Positions 51,255 through 64,000 of a stretch of DNA of 64,000 nt are shown here, one piece after another (the first letter of the stretch is position 1; each line of letters starts with the position of its first letter). The notes beneath the pieces were generated by a model, which saw only the letters and a list, made by a program, of their open reading frames with translations, was not told the origin of the DNA and did no database searches. The DNA lies in contig OZ210885.1 of the NCBI GenBank assembly GCA_964658305.1, positions 6,510,001 through 6,574,000 on the forward strand, given 5' to 3'. The position numbers were made by a program, and so were the translations under genes. The stretch comes from Leptogorgia sarmentosa. Its lineage: Eukaryota.

Positions 51255-53215
51255 AGTCGCAAAAAGCTATGGAATTAGTGAACAAGGTCTTGAATCCCTT
51301 GTATATCACTGCCCAACCACAAACTGTGAAACATTAACGAAATTATCTTTCCATCAAAGTCATGTTCTTACCTTCATTGAAGCTGCTATTGAAAATAACC
51401 AATTTATGATTTTCTGTATTGATGACTTTCATAACATCCACACCCACCATCGACCTGAAGCAAAGACACAGACTCGAGCAATCCATATGTCTACATTACT
51501 ACTCAAAGTTTTTCCCAATATTGAAGCAATCCCACATGGACATGATGTGCTACCCAAATCTCCAGTTGAAATTTCAGATGTTAAAAATTATATTTCCAGC
51601 AACCTATCCAATTTGTCAAAAACCTATGTCAAAAATTTGCCTGACTGGGTATTGGCAAAGTATTTTGATCCTGAAGCTGAGAGGCAGAGACTTCTAATTC
51701 ACGATTATCAGCAAACAGAGATAACACTAAGCTTGTGGATAGCACTGAGTTGCCTCTGAAATCATGTGAAGATGTTCTGACAGCAATAAACAAGATGCTT
51801 ACCAGTGGTCTGCAAGTCTACCTCAATCATGTTATTGCTCCTTTTGTTGGTGACTGGCCAATGCAGTTTTTTATTCGGCAACTGGTCTATTCCAATTCAC
51901 CTTCAATACCTGTAGCTCTGAAGAATGTAGTTCCCCTGATTGGCCCAATACACATCTCGAGACGGAATGCCAGGGAATGTGTCCTGCTCATGTTCCATGA
52001 AGTTTTTGCTGATCTGTACACCTTTCTTTTTGGAAAGAAACCTAAGCTGGCTAAGCAAACCATGGCGAACATCTCTCTTGCTTGAAGTCATTTATGGAGG
52101 ATGGACACTTGTGCGGGACATGATTCTGTCAGCCTTTTGTAAATGCAAAGATGTTCAGTATCTCGCACTGTTGAATCTTCTTGATAATTATATACCATTG
52201 GTTCTAAGCATCTATTTAATCATCTTCAAATGCAACAAATACGAGTTATTTCCAGTCCTTACTCCAATGTTGGGTTATGTTTGTGGTGTTCAGGAGACGC
52301 ACTACAACAAAGCACTCCTGGTTATGCTCACCACATTTCTTCACTGGCAAGAAAATGCCACCTCCATGTTTGAAACTGTATGTGAACACCTAGCTGCTTT
52401 CGACGAGTATCCAGTTGAGAACTTCCGCTCAATGTTAAGAAGGAGGACCAAAGAGACTGACACTGCAGAACAAATTGCATCCAAAGCAAAGGAAATAGAT
52501 GCTTGTAACCATGAGCTCCATTCCTTCCAATCAACATTCGTGCCACCTAGAAAATTCAATTTTAGTTCCAAAAGAATTAATAAATTAAAAGCAAAGGCAG
52601 CTCAGTTCCTGACTATTAAGTTCGAGTCACTTTTCAACCATCCTAACCTGGCAGTTCAACAGCCCCGAGTGAAACGGCAACCAAAACATACCACCAAGTG
52701 GAAACTACCTGATCTCTTTGGCGAGAAGGTTGTAACAAATCGAGTGCTCCCACTTGAATTCACATCAGTGGAAAATCCACCCAATCCAAACAGGTAGTTA
52801 GAAAAACAATTCACTACTTTGGCTACCAAGTCACATCACGATAGCTATATATATATATTTATAAAAAGTCTAAGCTTACCTCAAACTTTTTACTATAGAA
52901 AATGTGATTTGCCGGAGTGCACCAAAGTAAACCCAATCTGCAACGTTTTCCCTGGTTGTGGACATTCGTTTCACATTGAGTGCATCCTGCCATACATCAG
53001 TAACTGCCCAGTTTGTGAAGCAACACTGCAGGCAAATGTCGAAGCTTTGGGTACAACAGCAAACAACGCTGTCTTTACACCAGCAACTCACTTCGAGGCA
53101 GATCATCAAAGCGACGAAGAAGGCGAACAAACAAACAAAACGGACGAAGACGACAATGATCACAACAATGAAGAGCCAGAAGATGAACAAAATGAAATAA
53201 TGTTAAACAATTTAA
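51255..53215 (+). pseudogene. Putative DDE transposase (Academ/DUF6589-like) with a C-terminal RING-type finger and acidic tail
   Basis: FCIDDFHNIH, FVGDWPMQ, IGPIHIS, FDEYPVENF; intron 52794-52898; CDLPEC...CGHSFHIEC...CPVC. Frameshifts are present. Confidence 0.55.
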
Positions 53216-53219
53216 TTCG

Positions 53220-55329
53220 GATAATAATAATAATAATAATAATAGTTTATTCACAATTAATCACTATACAAGGAAAAATACATTACTATACAATACAAAC
53301 AAATACGCGACAAATTGTGAAAGGAGGTGGAAGAGGTTATCCCTTTCTAGTCCACCTCCGGAACACTAAGCTAATAAAACATTAACAATGTTGCAATATG
53401 TATAATTAACATATTTTAATTAATTTAAAAAACATGTTTCTTTAGATACTTCTTAAAAGTTCCTAAGTTATCTGCTTCTGCAATATGTTTTGGCAAACTG
53501 TTCCACAAGTTTATAATACGTATAAAAAAAGAGTGTTTATAGCTGTTCAATTTGGCAGGTCTTGTTTTTAGCTTAAAACAATGGTTAGATCTTAATGGCC
53601 TAAATTGGTCGGCAAATATGAAAAGTTCTTGGGGATCTAAACCATTCAGCTTATTAATCGTCTTATAGCATTCACATAGAGATGAGAAAAGCCTTCTTTT
53701 TTCCAATGTTGGCCATTTCAATCTGTTCAACCGTTCATCATATGGCATATCTTTAGCATCGCTACCAAGTGCAAGTCTTGAAGCACGCCGTTGTACTTTT
53801 TCTAGGATGTCAATGTCCTTCTTTAGGTGAGGGGACCACACTGGCGAGCAATACTCAAGTATTGGTCTAACTAAGCTTTTGTACAGTTTAGAAAATAAAT
53901 CTGAATTCTTAGACCCAACAGTCCGTTTAATGAATCCAAGAAGACTGTTAGCTTTATTTGCGCATTTAGTGGCTTGTAAGCTCCATGACAAGTTTGATGT
54001 AATATAAATGCCAAGATCTTTGACCTCAGATACTGTTTTAAGGATGCTGCCACATAATTTATATTCAGGGATTGATTTATCATTCTTTTTTGAGATTTGC
54101 ATCACTTCACATTTTTTAGTGTTAAAGTCTAGTTGTTAGTGTTAAAGTCTAGTGCTCCATTGCTCTAGAGAATATAAATCTTCCTGTAGTACATGCGTGT
54201 CTACATCGGTGTTCTGTAGTACTTTATACACTTTCATGTCATCAGCAAATAATTTGCACTGCGATGTTAAGTTCCGTGTTATGTCATTGATGTAAATAAT
54301 GAATAACACAGGGCCTAAAACCGTCCCCTGCGTTACGCCAGAGAGTACTGGTGTCCAGGATGAATAATTTCCCCGTACTACCACACGCTGTTGGCGATTC
54401 GTCAAAAAGCTTCTCACCCATGATAATAGTGGGTCTCTAATTCCGTATGAATGGAGCTTTAATAATAGACGTTCGTGCGGGACCGAATCAAACGCCTTGG
54501 AAAAATCCAAGAACACAACGTCCGTTGATAGACCACTATTTCTATTGTTTGACCAATCATGAAAGACTGTTAGTAGTTGTGATAGGCAAGACTTGCCTTT
54601 CATAAAGCCAAATTGATCTGGAATAAATATATTCTTAGTTATCCAGAATTCTACGAGATGTTGCCTGACGATTTTCTCACACACCTTACAGGGATATGAA
54701 GTCAGTGACACAGGACGGTAATTATCGCGTTTATCTTTTACACCCTTTTTGTGCAAGGGGATAATATCAGCTTCCTTCCAACTGTCCGGTATCTTGCCTG
54801 ATGAAAATGACAAATTAAAGATCATGCAGAGTGATGCGGCTAATGAGTCTGCACAATTCTTTAAAATCAGTGGGTGGATGCCGTCAGCACCTGGAGACTT
54901 GCGAGGATTTAATTCTTTAAGCAACTGCGCAACTTCATTAGTTGTACAGTGGAGAGAACCGAGGCTATCATCTGCAATAACCTGTGCAAACGTTGGAATA
55001 TTCTCGGTGTTTTCACGCGTAAAAACTGAAGCGAAAAATTTATTCATGCACTCAGAAATATCACTTTCATCGGTTAACGTGTTTCCATTGTCCAATTTAA
55101 TAACTGTTAAGTCATTAGAGCCTCCGCGTTTTGAATTGACATAATTCCAAAAGAGTTTGTGTTTCTTCTTATCGTGCATATTATTTGCCAGGTCCTTCAA
55201 GTAGTCCCAACGGGCCTCGTTACATTTCCTTTTGAGCATGTTGTTTATGCTCTTATATTTCGACCATAAATTGGCATCGTCTCTTGCTTTAGCTTTCTTA
55301 TATAAACGCTTCTTTTTTCTAACGCACGC
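53220..55329 (-). mobile_element. 5'-truncated CR1-type LINE with (ATT)n tail
   Basis: RT motifs KSPGADG, NYRPVSLTS, DFSKAFDSV, GVTQGTVLGP, FADDMK; C-terminus VRPILEY...WSP; 3' UTR hairpin GGAGGTGGA...TCCACCTCC. A 20-bp duplication near 54120-54150 breaks the frame. Confidence 0.93.
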
Positions 55330-57251
55330 TTAAACACCCCCTCGCCTTACTAACCAATTAATGCAACTATATTTTTGGAACACGAAGTACTTCAAAGGCT
55401 GCCTGAGAGCACAGATTAAGAGCACCAGATATGTAACTCCGGCCAAAAAAGCGTAAGGGCTCCGTCACTGCGCATCGCTTGCTGCGCATAGCTTAGCAAG
55501 TGACTTGAGGCATTCACCCCCCCGACAAATTTCAAAATGGCGGGGAATGATCAGGAGTTGAATAACAACAAACATAAAAATAAACTCTTTTTGTGTGCTT
55601 AAAACAGGATTGTGTCGTTAAATCTGCCGTTAAAACTTTCAATGTCACTAGGCGTGTGAGAAAAGTGAGTTGGTGACAATTAATTTGCGATATTTTACAA
55701 TTTTTGTCTTTCGATCGTGATCTATAAATTATAAAAAGCGAACGAAAACAAGTTAAAATGATTCAATATTCCATATAAATTTATTTTTATCACTGAGAAC
55801 TTATTGTATACGTTTGTAACTATTGATGTAAGAGGAAACACCAGTCTCGGATTTTTCTTTTCAATAACATATCATTGTTTACTTTGTTTATTGTTATAGA
55901 AGTGGAAGATTTTACCAGTGAAACAATGAAAAAGTTTACAAAGCGACTGTGCCCCGGCAGTATTGTCGAATATTGACAATTGTTTATAAATTAAATATAG
56001 TATTTGTTATGTTAATACATTTTGAAAGATTAAAAAGTTTTTTTTATGAATTATGTTATTATATTATTAATTAAATTAATTATTATGCAGTGCATTTTCT
56101 TTAAATGATTAACTCATAACCTAGTGGCCTAAAATAAAAGAAAATGCAGGGCCTGTGATGTATCTGCTTAAAAAATGTGTCTGCTTAAGAAAATTGCCCA
56201 CTTTGTCAGGGTTTGACTGTCATATAAAAAATACAATCACACCTTAACAAAGTGGCCAACTTTGTGAATTGACAGTCATATATGGCTAAATACAGGTATG
56301 CACAGGTGAGACTTGGAGTGTTCTATAAATGTCAATGGCTTGAAATAATTGCTGTTAGAAAACTGAAGTGCTAATACATATGAGTAACATGTGTTTCAGA
56401 TTAGAGAAAGATTAGGGTTAAATTGAAATACAACAAAACCTCACTAAACTGCCACTCCAACAATAGACTCCTTAAAATAGGACTTACATTCACTTGCAAT
56501 GGTGCTGGACATGTAGAACATATTTATATGTGATATTTATAATGTATTAGCCATCAAACAACTTTATTTTTCAAGTGGGAAGTGGTGTAAACAGTGGTGT
56601 CACTATTAGTAGTGGTTTGTAAATGAGATATTTACTTTGAGAACAATGGTGCTAAAGTGAGCTATATAATTTTTTTAATCTAATAATAAATGAAAACTTG
56701 TATACTTTCACACATATAAAACGATACAATTTTGGCGGAGACAATAAAATTTTTGTGAAATCATTCATCCGAACTTCAAAGAAATACAATTTTAATATTT
56801 TATACATAGTCAATGTTACATAAAACGATTATTAACGAAACCAAAGGACATGAACAATTGAACGTGGTACAAACTAAAATATTTCAAATATTAAAAACAC
56901 TTTTAAAATTGTATTGTGGAGCATCAAAATATCTTCATTGCCAAACAGTTGAATTATAATTTATACATTTCACATTTAAAAGGATTCAGAACTTTACTCT
57001 TCTATATAAACATTATGTAAGATATCTATATTAATATATCCAAAGAGTTCTGTTAGCTCAGTGGTTCTGTTCAAAAGAATATTTTTGGAAAGCACGTCCA
57101 TTTTTAATTATAATTTGTAAAACCGGATGTAGAAAATCAAAACATGGACAGGAAGTGACGAAGCCGGCGCAAAAATGCGGGTTATTTAAATCACATTGTG
57201 GGATTTAAATGTTTTGCGTGCAACCAAAACAATCTCAAAATAGTATAAATA

Positions 57252-60200
57252 ATGGATGTATTGGAAAAAGAAAACCAAATAACAAAGTGCGGAACAACTT
57301 GGTGCGCAGCTGAAAATTGTTTCAGCAACAAACTATCAGATCCAAATCTATCTTTTTTCCGTTTTCCGAAAAACGAAGATCGGTAAGTTGACGAATGGCG
57401 TACTCGCATCGTTTGTTTTAATACTTTTCATTACAATATCACAGATTAAGAGTCCTCTTAATCTGTGGCAATATGCTATAACCATATATACTTTGACAGC
57501 TATTTAACTAATTAAATGGAAATTTACAGGTTAACAAAGTAGTAGCTTGTTTATCAATTTTCAAAATTTTATTATTTTAGATCAAAACTATGGGCAGTTA
57601 ATAGCAGCAGATATGATTTAGTAAGCAAGGACTCAGTTTATTTGTACAATAATTGCAAATTATGTGCAAAACACTTTTCTGAGTCCTGCTTTCGAAACTA
57701 TAAAAATAACAGGCTTAAGGATATGGTAGTGCCCACAATATTCTCACAAAATCTAGGAGTAAAAAGAAGACTTTTTGACAGTGGTACACCAGGTAATTGT
57801 TCTTAGTAACACAAAATTTGAATACTATGGTCATATAATACCATATCTGAGCATATCAATTGCAGATTGTGAAATACCAACCAAGAAAGTGTCATTAGCA
57901 GGACGACCCAGGATCTTATTTTCACCAAATTACAATGAAGGTATCAAAAGAATGAGGTCAATTTATTGTTTAACTCATAAATAATAAAGTCACATTCTTG
58001 TTGTTGTTGTTGTTGTTGTATTATACTTGGGTGTTGTGTGGATGCACACTAAGAGTAATACCACAATCAATAATGTCAACATACCCTACTTTTTACATTA
58101 GATCCATCGCCAGCAGTATATTGCACTGCAAACACCGACACGACTTCCAGCACAGAAACAGATCCTGCAAATTCAGGTAATACACATTTTAGAAAGGTTT
58201 GTCACAATTACATAGACAGACAATTATTCCCACAATCAATAATGTCAACATACCCTGCTTTTTACATTAGATCCATCACCAGTAGTATATTGCACTGCAA
58301 ACACCGACACGACTTCCAGCACAGAAACAGATCCTGCAAATTCAGGTAATACACATTTTAGAAAGGTTTGTCACAATTACACAGACAGACAATTATTCCC
58401 ACAATCAATAAAGTCAACATACCCTACTTTTTACATTAGATCCATCGCCAGTAGTATATTGCACTGCAAACACCGACACGACTTCCAGCACAGAAACAGA
58501 TCCTGCAAATTCAGGTAATACACATTTTAGAAAGGTTTGTCACAATTACACAGACAGACAATTATTCCCACAATCAATAATGTCAACATACCCTACTTTT
58601 TACATTAGATCCATCGCCAGTAGTATATTGCACTGCAAACACCGACACGACTTCCAGCACAGAAACAGATCCTGCAAATTCAGGTAATACACATTTTAGA
58701 AAGGTTTGTCACAACCACACAGACAGACAATTATTCCCACAATCAATAATGTCAACATACCCTACTTTTTACATTAGATCCATCGCCAGGAGTAAAACAA
58801 ACATGGCTAAACATGCTCTGAAAGTGAGTTTTCAAATACATGAAACACAAATCAATTTATCATTCATACAACATTGCCATGCAAGATCTAAAGTGACAAC
58901 AAACACACCAACAAAGAAGAAATTGCGGGCAATCATCAACAAAAAGGATCAACAAATTCATCGCCTAAAACAAAGAGTCAACTGTAAGAAGTCAAGTAAG
59001 AAATCGAAACAAGAAGCTTTACAGATATTGGAAACAATACTACCCGGCAAAATCTGTGATTTCGTCAAGTCACAAGTTGAGCTACACTCAAACAAATCTA
59101 AGAAAGGAAACAGATATAGCAGTGAAACTAAGGCCTTTTCACTTTCTGTTTATCACATGAGTGGAAAGGCATATAAAGTGATATCAAGCCTCTTCTGTCT
59201 GCCATCAAAGTCGACATTACTCAAGTGGATATCAAGAATACCAAGTTGCCCAGGTCTTACAACTTATGCGATGAATACAATAGCACATAAGGTGAACACT
59301 TTGAGTACTGCAGGAAAACAATGTGTAATCTCATTTGATGAAATTTCCTTGAAGAAAAATTTGTCTTACGAGTCAAATACCGACGAGCTGGTTGGCCTCG
59401 AGGATTATGGCGATGGCAACAGATCTGATTCCTTGGCAACATCAGCCATAGTCTTCATGGCACGTGGCATAATAGATAACTGGAAGCAACCCCTTGCATA
59501 CTACCTGGTGAACGAGGCATGTGACAGCAGCATTGTTAAAGAAAAGCTCTTTGGAATTATAGAGAAAGTAGAAAGCATTGGCCTGAATGTCGTGGCAATC
59601 ATATCAGACATTGGGTCCAATTTCCAAAAGTTTGTCAAAGAGATGGGCATTACACCCGAGAATCCATTTTTTACCTACGGCAAAAAGAAGATCGTATTCC
59701 TTTTTGATACGCCACATATTGTGAAAGCTATCAGAAACAATTTGATTAAATATGACTTTCATTTTGGTACGAAGTTTGCATCATGGAAGGATATTGAATC
59801 ATTTTATCGGATGGATACACAAAATGCAATCCGATGTTGCCCAAAGCTGACAAGACAGCACATATCTCCAAATAACTTTGAGAGAATGAAAGTTAAATTT
59901 GCTACGCAAGTATTGAGTCACACTGTTTCAGCTGGCTTAATGATGGCAGTGAGTGGTGGCTTACTTCCAGCAACTGCAGCAGGAACTGCTGAATTCACCT
60001 CGAAAATTGATGAAATTTTTGATTGTTTGAACAGTTCAACATTTAAGAACTCCAAGGAACTGAATAGACCCATCACAGCTGAATCCAACCATTGTGAATT
60101 CATGAAAAATGCCTCCTTATTTGTTAAACAAATTAGAGTCAAAGATCGGGAAACTGGGAAAGATGTTACATCCACATTGAAGTGTTTACGAGCCTTGCAA

Positions 60201-61016
60201 ATAACTTTGAATGGAACAGTCCTTATATGGAACACCATTCAGCCAGTGGCTAAGTTTTTATGCACGAGAAGACTCAATCAGGATCCGTTGGAAAACTTCT
60301 TCGGGTGCATCAGACAGCAAGGTGGCAACTGTGATACGCCTACCCCATTACAATTTAAGAGAGCATTCAGGAAGTTGTTTTTTGACAACTATTTGCTGCA
60401 TTCAAATGGTAACTGCAGTGCAGATGTAGATGCCATCTTGGTTGGTTACAAGACAACTGGAAAGAATGTCCCGGATGACATTGAAGAGGAACACGAAGTA
60501 TCCCAACCATTCCAGGTTAATGAGTCGGATTATCAGCTCCCGGCAGCCAAGCAAAACCTTTTCATGGAAAATGCTATCACTTATGTTACTGGTTACCTAT
60601 TGAAAAAAAGTTTACAACAGCATCAATGCCAAATTTGTTCTAAAGAACTGGTAAACAATGACCAACTGGACAGTTCGAGCAAACTGTTTACCTATTTCAA
60701 GGCATATGACAACAACAAAGGCCTATTTGGAGGTCTCAAAGTACCCACAGCAGACTTCGTGGAATACATTCAGAAAATCGAGGATCTATTCATGCAAAAC
60801 TTTCCACGTCTTATGACAAAGAATGGAATTGGCAAGCATCTGGTCGATCTACTACCTAGATTCTTTGCTCCCTGCTGTGACCAATTTCCCAGCGAATACC
60901 TCGTTAGACTGTTCGTCCGAATGCGGATATACTACGCAGTCAAATTTGGTAACCGAGACATAAGAAATACAAAGAGGGGAAAGAACAGGAAATTCTTTAA
61001 AGTCACGCACCTATAA
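57252..61016 (+). CDS. P-element/THAP9-like transposase; THAP exons 57252-57382 and 57581-57792, exon 57866-57940, four repeated 75-nt exons, catalytic ORF to 61016
   Basis: THAP motifs CAAENC...FRFP...W...CAKHF...VPTIF; SFDEISL, IISDIG, DTPHIVK, QDPLENFFG. The in-frame junction to the long ORF is unresolved. Confidence 0.88.
57440..57467. mobile_element. 28-bp P-element remnant/excision footprint
   Basis: CACAGATTAAGAG-TC-CTCTTAATCTGTG is the first 13 bp of both TIRs of the host element, flanked by ACAATAT/GCAATAT. Confidence 0.85.
58061..58789 (+). repeat. 169-bp tandem repeat, ~4.3 copies, each unit an intron plus a 75-nt exon
   Basis: TTACATTAG acceptors before 58102, 58271, 58440, 58609 and 58778; CAG/GTAAT donors. 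Confidence 0.92.
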
Positions 61017-62334
61017 ACAAAACAGAACATTGGTAGCTGGTAAAGATTTGTATTGTTATTTCATAATCTATTATAAGCTTTAAAGCTTAAATCATTGAAA
61101 TTTGTATTATTAAATATTACCCATTGTAAATTTAAATTAATGAAGAATTGTATTAATAATCGATTATAAAAATCAAAAGTCAGAATGGCTGAATTTATAT
61201 ATTTACATATTAAAAATTATATTGTTTATAACGTGACACGAATGGAATGTTTTTCTACTATTATGATTTACCTTTTCGCTCAAAAGGCCAGCAGGCAAGG
61301 ATCGTTGCTTTAAACACGATACAAAATCCATCGACATTATATCCCAATCCGATAGGACGCTCATAAGACGTACAACTACATGATCCTGTTCAACTGTTCA
61401 GAAAACCCGACGGGACTAGTTTTTTGGCACCGTTAATATCGTTAAACTTTCCGACATATTCAACTCAAATGCGTTATAAAAACATGCGGACGTCTTCGTA
61501 AATTAGGTTTCTCATGAAAACAGTGAATAAAAAATATATCTACTATTTCAAGTTATATTTAAGTCCACTTTCTGCGTTATTTTAACGCTCCATGCGGTCT
61601 TTCAACTCCTGATCATTCGCCGCCATTTTGAAATTTGTCGGGGGGGTGAATGCCTCAAGTCACTTGCTAAGCTATGCGCAGCAAGTGATGCGCAGTGACG
61701 GAGCCCTTACGCTTTTTTGGCCGGAGTTACATATCTGGTGCTCTTAATCTGTGCTGAGAGGTTGTTGTCATGGCAACACGATCGGAAATTCATATTTCTG
61801 TCATTTTTTGAAAACAGTCGAAATATAAGCTTTAAATCTTTGTTTTATAGGTAGCCCAACGCACGCATGACGTAACATTCAATAGTATAATATGATAAGG
61901 TTGGCAAGTAAACCAGCATATGACTCGCTACCGCTTAAAGCAAGTTGAAAAAATCAACCTCTTGCGAACAAACTTCGATAAAAATAGCAGCCCCTAATTC
62001 TAGGATAATAATACTAAATATGTACAACGTTTTTTGCCAACAAAACGTGTGAAAAAGTCGAAAAAAAACGAAAAGTTTCTCTTAATTTGCTGTGTCTCTA
62101 TGCTGGATGCCTGTTGCCGTGCAAAAATTACCGTTCGAAATTATGAATACGGATCCTATTGGTGGGCTGTTTTGTCGGTTTATTTATAACCAATAGGAAT
62201 GCGTATTGAATCTGATGTGAATCTTCGTCATTCATCACAATACTGCACTAATAACGCTTCTTTTAAGAACCACCAAATCTCAAAAAAGAATAAAAACAGT
62301 TATCTTGATCAAATTTTGTACACGCCATAACTCT

Positions 62335-62860
62335 CCTTTAGGTTTCACATGCATTAGAAATCCTTTAGGTTTCACATGCATTCCCTACATAAGAGGCGTA
62401 TCCGAACAAACAAAATATGTGTTATGTAATGCAGGTGTACTAACAGCATACAAGCCTATGCCAAGTCTGGGTGACATATTTGGAAAGGCGGAAGACAAAC
62501 TAGCAGACTCTGAAATAAAGGGTATCATCTATAAGTTTGAATGCCCAGACTGCCCATTCACTGAGCACAATCCAGGTGTACGGCCAGAAATAAAGTCTGC
62601 AATTAAAGATCATGCAGAAACTACAGGACATGAGACTTCTATGGAGAATGCTAAGATCATAGAGAAAAGAGTGCAAAATACACACAAGAGGCTCTTCCTT
62701 GAATCTCTGCACTCAGTGTTGGACAAAAGATCAACAAATGAACATAAACATTTCCACAATTTACATGCCATTAGTGCAGTCATGTAACGATAATGACACT
62801 ATATAATGTTCTGTCAGCTATAGAACTTTGAAGAAGGTTGCAGTTAGCAGCCGAAAATTC
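62335..62860 (+). pseudogene. Penelope-like element GIY-YIG C-terminal fragment and 3' end
   Basis: IPYIRGVSEQ, KGIIYKFECPDC, SAIKDHAETTGH, KRLFLESLH; the central YIG part is deleted. Confidence 0.8.
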
Positions 62861-63124
62861 AGTATATATTTTATATATAGACAGTATATGAATAGAATTA
62901 ACCACTCATTTTCGATATCTTTATTGCACTAACGTTTTTGCATGTTGCTCTTCAGGTGCTAAGTGTATACTGAATGCATACTAGCACTCCCCATCTTTGC
63001 ATACTAATTACTTCCACCGCCATATAGGTGAGATAACCTACTTGCAAATGCTCTTCCATGCAATGTTCAACATAACATAGCATTCATAGTCGATTCTTGG
63101 AGCCTAAATGACATCTGGGATATA

Positions 63125-64000
63125 AAAAGGTGATGACATGGGCTCATGGACGAATCAAGGAAGACAGAAACTCAAGGGAGTATGGCATAAAAATACGATA
63201 TCTACCGACAATCGTTCACCCATGGAGACCTGACATCGCTGAAAAAGTACTTGGTCTATCTTCAAGATGAGAATGGCGAACTGTGCAGGTACATGTTTGT
63301 GCAATATGTTTTTACAGGAGGAGAAACCTAAGTCACCTTGAGGCAACATGGAAGTCCAAAAAATTACCAGCGACCATACAAAGGAACAATGGCAAGCATA
63401 CTCAAAGCAATTACGGATAAGGACGTAAAACCAAGTGAGGTCATGCACAAAATAATCGAAGAAAGAGGAGGTATTGAACGAGTTGGTTCATCTGGTGAGT
63501 ATCCCTGAAACCGCGGTCAGATCAATCGTGCACGTAATAGCTCAAAAAGCAAAATTGTCTACCACTCGAATGACCCACTGGTGCAGATTTCGAAAGAGCA
63601 ACAACTGGGGAATAAAGCTGATTGGTTTGTCCGAGACGTAAACATATCAAACGAACAGACAATCTTTCTGGCCAACAAGCAGCAACTTCTAGACATAGAA
63701 CAATTTTGCACAAATCCTGAACGAATCTTGTTTTTTTCTATTGATGCAACATTTAATGTTGCGACGTATTTTTTACATTTGCTACGTACCGAAAACCTGT
63801 TGCTGGAAACTAACCAAGGCGTTAACCCCACTGTAAAATACCGCCCAACTACATCAGGTGTCCTTGTGGTTCGCACGGATGGTCAGGAGAATTTATGGAA
63901 AGCGATGTCTAGCGTATTTTCCGATACCATTCACATACGATGCGACATGCACCTTAAGGACAATGTTAAATGCAAGTTGTCTGATCTGAAACTCGATTCT
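63125..64000 (+). pseudogene. MULE/Mutator-like transposase remnant
   Basis: DDMGSW, WFVRDV, QQLLDIEQFCT, SIDATFNV, RTDGQENL, RCDMHLKDN across frames, with stops. Confidence 0.75.

Larger units (their letters stand above)
55410..61753 (+). mobile_element. Full-length P-superfamily transposon
   Basis: 153-bp TIRs (55410-55562, 61601-61753; 2 mismatches) starting CACAG; 7-bp TSD CTGAGAG (55403-55409, 61754-61760). Confidence 0.95.

Noticed and set aside
58061..58789. CRISPR-like array
   Set aside because: The whole 169-bp units are near-identical with no unique spacers; the context is eukaryotic and there are no cas genes.

Overview
AT-rich eukaryotic (probably invertebrate animal) DNA with GT-AG introns, made almost entirely of nested and mostly decayed transposable elements. 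No clear conserved host gene, rRNA, tRNA or CRISPR array is visible. Recognisable elements: two THAP/P-like elements (one full length, 55410-61753, with 153-bp TIRs and a 7-bp TSD), a Helitron Rep-PIF1 gene whose intron holds a Merlin element with a DUF3987-like passenger, a Helentron remnant, a complete hAT (8-bp TSD) inside a HECT-ligase gene, a deleted Harbinger, a CR1-type LINE, and fragments of EnSpm, Kolobok-like, MULE, KDZ-like, Academ-like, Crypton-like, Gypsy and Penelope elements. The most unusual object is a 3.88-kb element (40877-44756). It pairs a Tc1-type DD34E transposase with a convergent CRESS/parvovirus-like HUH-Rep plus SF3 helicase gene. It is bounded by two 255-bp direct repeats, each carrying its own terminal inverted repeats, and it inserted with a 2-bp AA duplication. 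This suggests a cut-and-paste transposon with a rolling-circle replication module. Also notable are a 28-bp P-element footprint inside the P element's own intron, tandemly amplified exon-intron units in that transposase gene, and a micro-exon gene ending in a CCHC zinc knuckle that the ORF track misses. All family assignments come from motif recognition by eye; no database searches were run.
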